Origin: an uncultured bacterium | GTDB taxonomy: Bacteria; Actinomycetota; Acidimicrobiia; Spongiisociales; ZC4RG35 | Reading direction: 5' to 3' | Length of the DNA: 64,000 bases | NCBI GenBank assembly: GCA_963785075.1 | Contig: CAWATW010000001.1 | Coordinates: 69,598-133,597, forward strand | Notes under the pieces: model-generated | Seen by the model: only the letters and a program-made list of their open reading frames with translations | What the model was told of the DNA's origin: nothing | Databases searched by the model: none | In this document: positions 60,485 through 64,000 of the stretch, in pieces | Layout: each line of letters opens with the position of its first letter | How positions within the stretch are numbered: the stretch's first letter is position 1 | Made by a program: the position numbers and the translations under genes

Positions 60485-60488
60485 CGCC

Positions 60489-60878
60489 GTGTACCGGCCA
60501 TCGACCATCTTGCGGTCCGCCGGCATCGATCCCGACGGCGTAGGTGCGTCCTGCGGCCTCTCCGACACCGATCGCACACCGGTCCGCCCCGCTCCCCGGT
60601 GGCTCACGCGGCTCTGGCGCGGACCCGTCGCCGCCATGACGGTGCCCTGGGCGATCTATGTGCGGATGGACGTCTTGACGGGCGATCGCCCGACCCTCGC
60701 CCGGTTGCTCACACACGAGCTGGTGCACGTCCGACAATGGGCGGAACTCGGTCCGGTCCGGTTCACCGTGGAGTACCTGAGCGGGTATCTGGCCGGTCGG
60801 CGGCAGGGTCTGGACCATCAGCGGGCGTATCTGGCGATCCCCCTGGAACGAGAGGCGCGCTCCATCTCCGGACACTGA
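60489..60878 (+). CDS. small HExxH-motif protein, DUF4157-like putative metallopeptidase domain
   Basis: GTG 5 nt after the leuS stop. LTHELVHVRQWAELGPVRFTVEYLSGYL...LEREA resembles the DUF4157 zincin-like core. Confidence 0.5.
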   Translation: MYRPSTILRSAGIDPDGVGASCGLSDTDRTPVRPAPRWLTRLWRGPVAAMTVPWAIYVRMDVLTGDRPTLARLLTHELVHVRQWAELGPVRFTVEYLSGYLAGRRQGLDHQRAYLAIPLEREARSISGH

Positions 60879-60892
60879 CCCGACCGGAGCGC

Positions 60893-61711
60893 TCACTCGA
60901 TGACGACGCCGGACAGATCGTCCTCGCTCTTCGGAAACCGGAGGTCCATCGACTCCAGGGTCTCGACCAGCACCGAAGACACCACGAGGTCTCGGTACCA
61001 CTTTCGGTCGGCCGGCACCACGTACCAGGGCGCCCACTCGGTCGACGTCTCGGTCAGCATCTCGGCGAAAGCCGCCTGGTACTCCTCCCAGCGTTGGCGT
61101 TCATCTAGGTCTCCCAACGAGAACTTCCAGTGCTTCGCCGGATTGTCGAGCCTGGCCTGCAGTCGTTCTCGTTGTTCTTCCTTCGAGATGTGGAGGAAGA
61201 ACTTGACGATCGTCGTTCCCTCATCGGCCAACAGGCGTTCGAACTCGTTGATGTGGCGGTAGCGCTTCGACCAACGTTCCTGCGGGACCAGATCGTGCAC
61301 ACGCACGACCAGAACGTCCTCGTAGTGAGACCGGTTGAAGATCGTCATCTCGCCATCACCGGGTACGTGCCTGTGCACACGCCACAGGTAGTCGTGAGCG
61401 AGCTCGATGTCGGTCGGCTTCTTGAACGACGCCACCTTGACACCTTGGGGGTTCACCCCGTCGAAGACGTTGCGGATCGTTCCGTCCTTGCCGCCCGTGT
61501 CGGTGGCCTGGAGGACGATGAGCAGGCGGTGCCGGCCCTCGGCGTAGAAGACCTCCTGAAGATCCTCCAGACGATGGTTGAGTTCGTCATGGAGGCGGCG
61601 TCCGTCCTTCTTGGCACCTTCGTAATCCCCGGTGCTCCTGGGGTCGCGCTCGGAGAGGTCGACGGTGGTGCCGGGGGAGATCCGGTGGCGTGCGGTTGCG
61701 ATCGGTGTCAT
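60893..61711 (-). CDS. polyphosphate kinase 2 (PPK2) family, polyphosphate:nucleotide phosphotransferase
   Basis: Walker A-like LQATDTGGKDG and PPK2 lid/Walker B regions. The probable start is MTPIATAR; the track ORF start is 48 nt further upstream. Confidence 0.8.
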   Translation of the reverse strand: MTPIATARHRISPGTTVDLSERDPRSTGDYEGAKKDGRRLHDELNHRLEDLQEVFYAEGRHRLLIVLQATDTGGKDGTIRNVFDGVNPQGVKVASFKKPTDIELAHDYLWRVHRHVPGDGEMTIFNRSHYEDVLVVRVHDLVPQERWSKRYRHINEFERLLADEGTTIVKFFLHISKEEQRERLQARLDNPAKHWKFSLGDLDERQRWEEYQAAFAEMLTETSTEWAPWYVVPADRKWYRDLVVSSVLVETLESMDLRFPKSEDDLSGVVIE

Positions 61712-61812
61712 GGCGGCACCGTACATCGAGGGCACACGGTTGTGGCGGAGAACGCTCAAGACCTCACTCAGAGTGACGATTCAATCATGACACTCCGCAC
61801 GAAGGGGTCCTG

Positions 61813-62202
61813 ATGGAGGCACTTCACGAATCGGCGATCAGATCGATCGTCGTCGACGACGACCGGGACTTTCGGCTGTTGGTGCGGATCTGGATGGAGA
61901 AGATCGGCCCGGGTCGGTACGAGGTCGTCGGTGAGGGCGGCACGGGCGACGAGTGCCTCGACCTGGTGGACAGGCTTCGCCCCGACCTGGTCCTCCTCGA
62001 TCTGACGATGCCTCGAACCGATCCCTACGAAGTGATCCAGGACGTGGTCAGCCGCTACCCGGGGACCGACGTGATCGTGTTGTCGGGGTTCGACGCCGAT
62101 GGCATCGAGACCGCCGTGATCGCCTGTGGTGCGTTGGGGTATCTGGAGAAGTCGTCGAGCATCGCCAGGCTCCGCGAGCGCCTCGATCAGCTCATCGCCT
62201 GA
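61813..62202 (+). CDS. stand-alone receiver-domain response regulator (CheY-like, no output domain)
   Basis: 129 aa. Acidic pocket DDD, phospho-acceptor LVLLDLTMP, and a conserved Ser (SGFD). A possible conserved Lys cannot be assigned from sequence. Confidence 0.75.
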   Translation: MEALHESAIRSIVVDDDRDFRLLVRIWMEKIGPGRYEVVGEGGTGDECLDLVDRLRPDLVLLDLTMPRTDPYEVIQDVVSRYPGTDVIVLSGFDADGIETAVIACGALGYLEKSSSIARLRERLDQLIA

Positions 62203-62276
62203 GTCTGCTCGACCGTACGTCCCGCGGACCCCTGGACTGCACACCTCCGTTCCGATAGACACACGTCCGAGGGCTC

Positions 62277-62864
62277 GTGGGAGGGCCGGGGAGTGTCGTG
62301 GACGATCGCACGTGGCGGATCGCCGGCGCCGTGGTGCTCGCACTGGCGGTCGCCGTCGGTGTGGGTATCGGGTTCCTCGGCGGGGCCGAGCCGCTTCCCC
62401 CCGAGTCGGTGGTACCCGCCGACCCTGCCGGCGCCGGGCAACCGGGGCCGGAGATCGTCGTTCACGTGGCGGGAGCGGTCGTCGAGCCTGGTCTCGTCCA
62501 CCTCCCGCCGGATTCGAGGGTCGCAGATGCCATAGCCGCTGCTGGCGGACTGTCGATCGATGCCCTGGAGACGGCGATCAATCTGGCGGCACCATTGGCC
62601 GACGGCGCACAGGTGGTGGTGCCATCGGCGACGGACGGCGCGGACGGAACGGGTGCGGCCGCCGACGACGGGCTCGTCCACGTGAACCAGGCCACCGCGG
62701 CGGATCTCGAACGGCTGCCGGGTGTGGGTCCGGTGCTCGCCCAGCGGATCGTGGACCATCGAGACGACGATGGGCCCTTCCAGAGCGTCGAAGACCTGCT
62801 GGATGTGCCCGGGATCGGGGAGTCGAAGCTCGCCGCCATGCGGGATCACCTTTCGATACCGTGA
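62277..62864 (+). CDS. comEA: ComEA-like DNA-binding competence protein (SLBB + helix-hairpin-helix)
   Basis: N-terminal TM. SLBB-like IVVHVAGAVVEPGLVHLPPDSRVADAIAAAGG. C-terminal HhH VNQATAADLERLPGVGPVLAQRIVDHRDDDGPFQSVEDLLDVPGIG. Confidence 0.75.
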   Translation: MGGPGSVVDDRTWRIAGAVVLALAVAVGVGIGFLGGAEPLPPESVVPADPAGAGQPGPEIVVHVAGAVVEPGLVHLPPDSRVADAIAAAGGLSIDALETAINLAAPLADGAQVVVPSATDGADGTGAAADDGLVHVNQATAADLERLPGVGPVLAQRIVDHRDDDGPFQSVEDLLDVPGIGESKLAAMRDHLSIP

Positions 62865-64000
62865 TCCCGCTCGCTCGACGATTGTGGCTGGTGGTCGGCG
62901 TCGTCTGGCCCTCCTGCTGGCTGGGGCTCAGATTCGACCCCGCCGTGGCGCTGGGAGCTGCAATGGCAACGTCGGGTCTGGCGTTGATGGCACGTGGGCG
63001 CCGCTCGCTCCCCTGGCTCCTGGTTCTGGTGCTCGGCTGGTCCGCCGGGACTCTTGCCCAGATGGCAGAGGATCGAGAGCTCGGAGCGCTGGGGTCGGAG
63101 ACCCGCAGTGTCCGTGTTGCCGCAACTGCAGTGACAGACGCCCAGCCCACACGCTTCGGAACCCGCCTGGTCATCGCTCCATTCGCCACGGAAGGTCCGG
63201 CCGGATGGGAGCAGTGGAACGGCCCACGCATCGCCACGACGAGCCGGGAGGTCGAGCGGATCGTCCTCGGTGACCGACTGATCGTTCGGGGAATCATCCG
63301 CCCGGGGGAGGTCCGTGTTGGGCGACTGACGGTGCCGGGCAGTATGTCGAACCCGGCCATCGAGCTACTCGGTCCCACCGAGCTGCCGTTGGTGGGGTTC
63401 GCCAACGGGCTTCGGGCCCGGGTTCTCGGCAACCTCGACCTCACCGATCCCGGCGACGCCCTCCTGGCGGGGTTCCTGGTTGGCGACACCACCGGGATGA
63501 GCGAACCGGATCTCGAGGCACTGCGGAGGGCGGGGCTCACGCACTACGTGGCCGTTTCCGGAAGCAATGTCGCAACCTTCTTGGCTCTGTGGTGGCTGGT
63601 GTTGGCGCCGGTGGCCCGACATCCTCGGCTGCGGGCGGCGATCGGTCTCGTGGGTGTGGTGGTCTTCGTGGTGGTCACGAGGGCCGAACCATCTGTGGTG
63701 CGTGCCGGCGTGATGGTCTCGGTCTTGCTTCTGGGGCGCCTGTTCGGTTGGGCGTTCGATCGGTACTCGGCGCTGGCCATCGCAGTGCTGGGCTGCCTGA
63801 CACTGGCGCCATCGCTGGCGGCCGATGTGGGGTTCCAGTTGTCGGTCGCCGCCACGGTGGGTGTGATGTTCGGGACCCAGCACATCGTGTTCGAGCCGAG
63901 GCCGGTCGCGGCTGTCGTGGGGGCGACGATCTCCGCTCAGATCGCCGTCGCCCCGATCCTCCTGACCGTGTTCGGGTCGCTCCCGGCGCTGGCACCCCTC
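62861..64000 (+). CDS. comEC: ComEC/Rec2 DNA internalisation channel, N-terminal part (continues beyond window)
   Basis: The GTG overlaps the comEA stop (GTGA). The frame stays open to the window end and encodes TM helices plus the ComEC competence-domain block GLTHYVAVSGSNVATFLALWWLV. Absent from the track because it has no in-window stop. Confidence 0.75.
   Translation, partial: MIPLARRLWLVVGVVWPSCWLGLRFDPAVALGAAMATSGLALMARGRRSLPWLLVLVLGWSAGTLAQMAEDRELGALGSETRSVRVAATAVTDAQPTRFGTRLVIAPFATEGPAGWEQWNGPRIATTSREVERIVLGDRLIVRGIIRPGEVRVGRLTVPGSMSNPAIELLGPTELPLVGFANGLRARVLGNLDLTDPGDALLAGFLVGDTTGMSEPDLEALRRAGLTHYVAVSGSNVATFLALWWLVLAPVARHPRLRAAIGLVGVVVFVVVTRAEPSVVRAGVMVSVLLLGRLFGWAFDRYSALAIAVLGCLTLAPSLAADVGFQLSVAATVGVMFGTQHIVFEPRPVAAVVGATISAQIAVAPILLTVFGSLPALAPL

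Noticed and set aside
1-64000. tRNA, rRNA, CRISPR, transposase, integrase or phage genes
   Set aside because: I scanned for TTCGAATCC-type T-loops, regularly spaced direct repeats, and DDE/tyrosine-recombinase motifs and found none.

Overview
This 64 kb window is high-GC (about 68-70%) chromosomal DNA with an Actinomycetota-type signature: RG-rich off-frame ORFs, many ATGA/GTGA start-stop overlaps and hairpin terminators lacking a U-tract. I found about 60 genes. No rRNA, tRNA, CRISPR, transposase, integrase or phage genes are visible, so it is core or accessory chromosome rather than a mobile island. The main blocks are as follows. (1) Positions 1-11.8 kb hold a minus-strand catabolic operon: GcvT-family aminomethyltransferase, COG1233 FAD oxidoreductase, aldehyde dehydrogenase, a decayed Zn-ADH and an acyl-CoA dehydrogenase. 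It is flanked by a GbcA/CntA-type Rieske oxygenase, a class-III aminotransferase and a PotA-like ABC ATPase, with a divergent TetR plus P-loop kinase. I read this as a candidate methylated-amine (betaine or N-methyl-GABA-like) demethylation pathway and the most system-like novelty in the window. (2) 11.9-17.7 kb: an OmpA-like protein, an orphan Liv-type lipoprotein SBP, a xylulokinase and a LipJ-like hydrolase-adenylyl-cyclase fusion. (3) 17.8-27.5 kb: a general-stress island with SRPBCC, SDR, Dps, a Rho_N small protein, DUF2867 NAD-binding protein, disulfide oxidoreductase, GlsB/YeaQ/YmgE, an alpha/beta hydrolase, a YflT-like glycine-zipper protein, an NhaP antiporter and a coupled micro-ORF. 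(4) An MFS exporter, an orphan histidine kinase, a TPMT-type methyltransferase, YdcF, and a dpp-like ABC operon whose SBP is frameshifted. (5) An unusual tricistronic operon of an RRM protein, an IF-1-like protein and an unknown protein. (6) A GH1 beta-glucosidase and a tdh-kbl operon with upstream direct repeats. (7) PAC2, a small secreted peptide, a fasciclin protein and a 1026-aa S8 protease. (8) A paaABCDE operon with thioesterase, a TetR (putative PaaR) and a perfect 18-bp operator palindrome. (9) bPH_2 membrane proteins, a histidine kinase, leuS, a DUF4157-like HExxH protein, PPK2, a single-domain response regulator and comEA-comEC. Five genes carry frame disruptions; these are either genuine pseudogenes or local indel errors. 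Coordinates of starts I re-derived by eye may be off by 1-3 nt.
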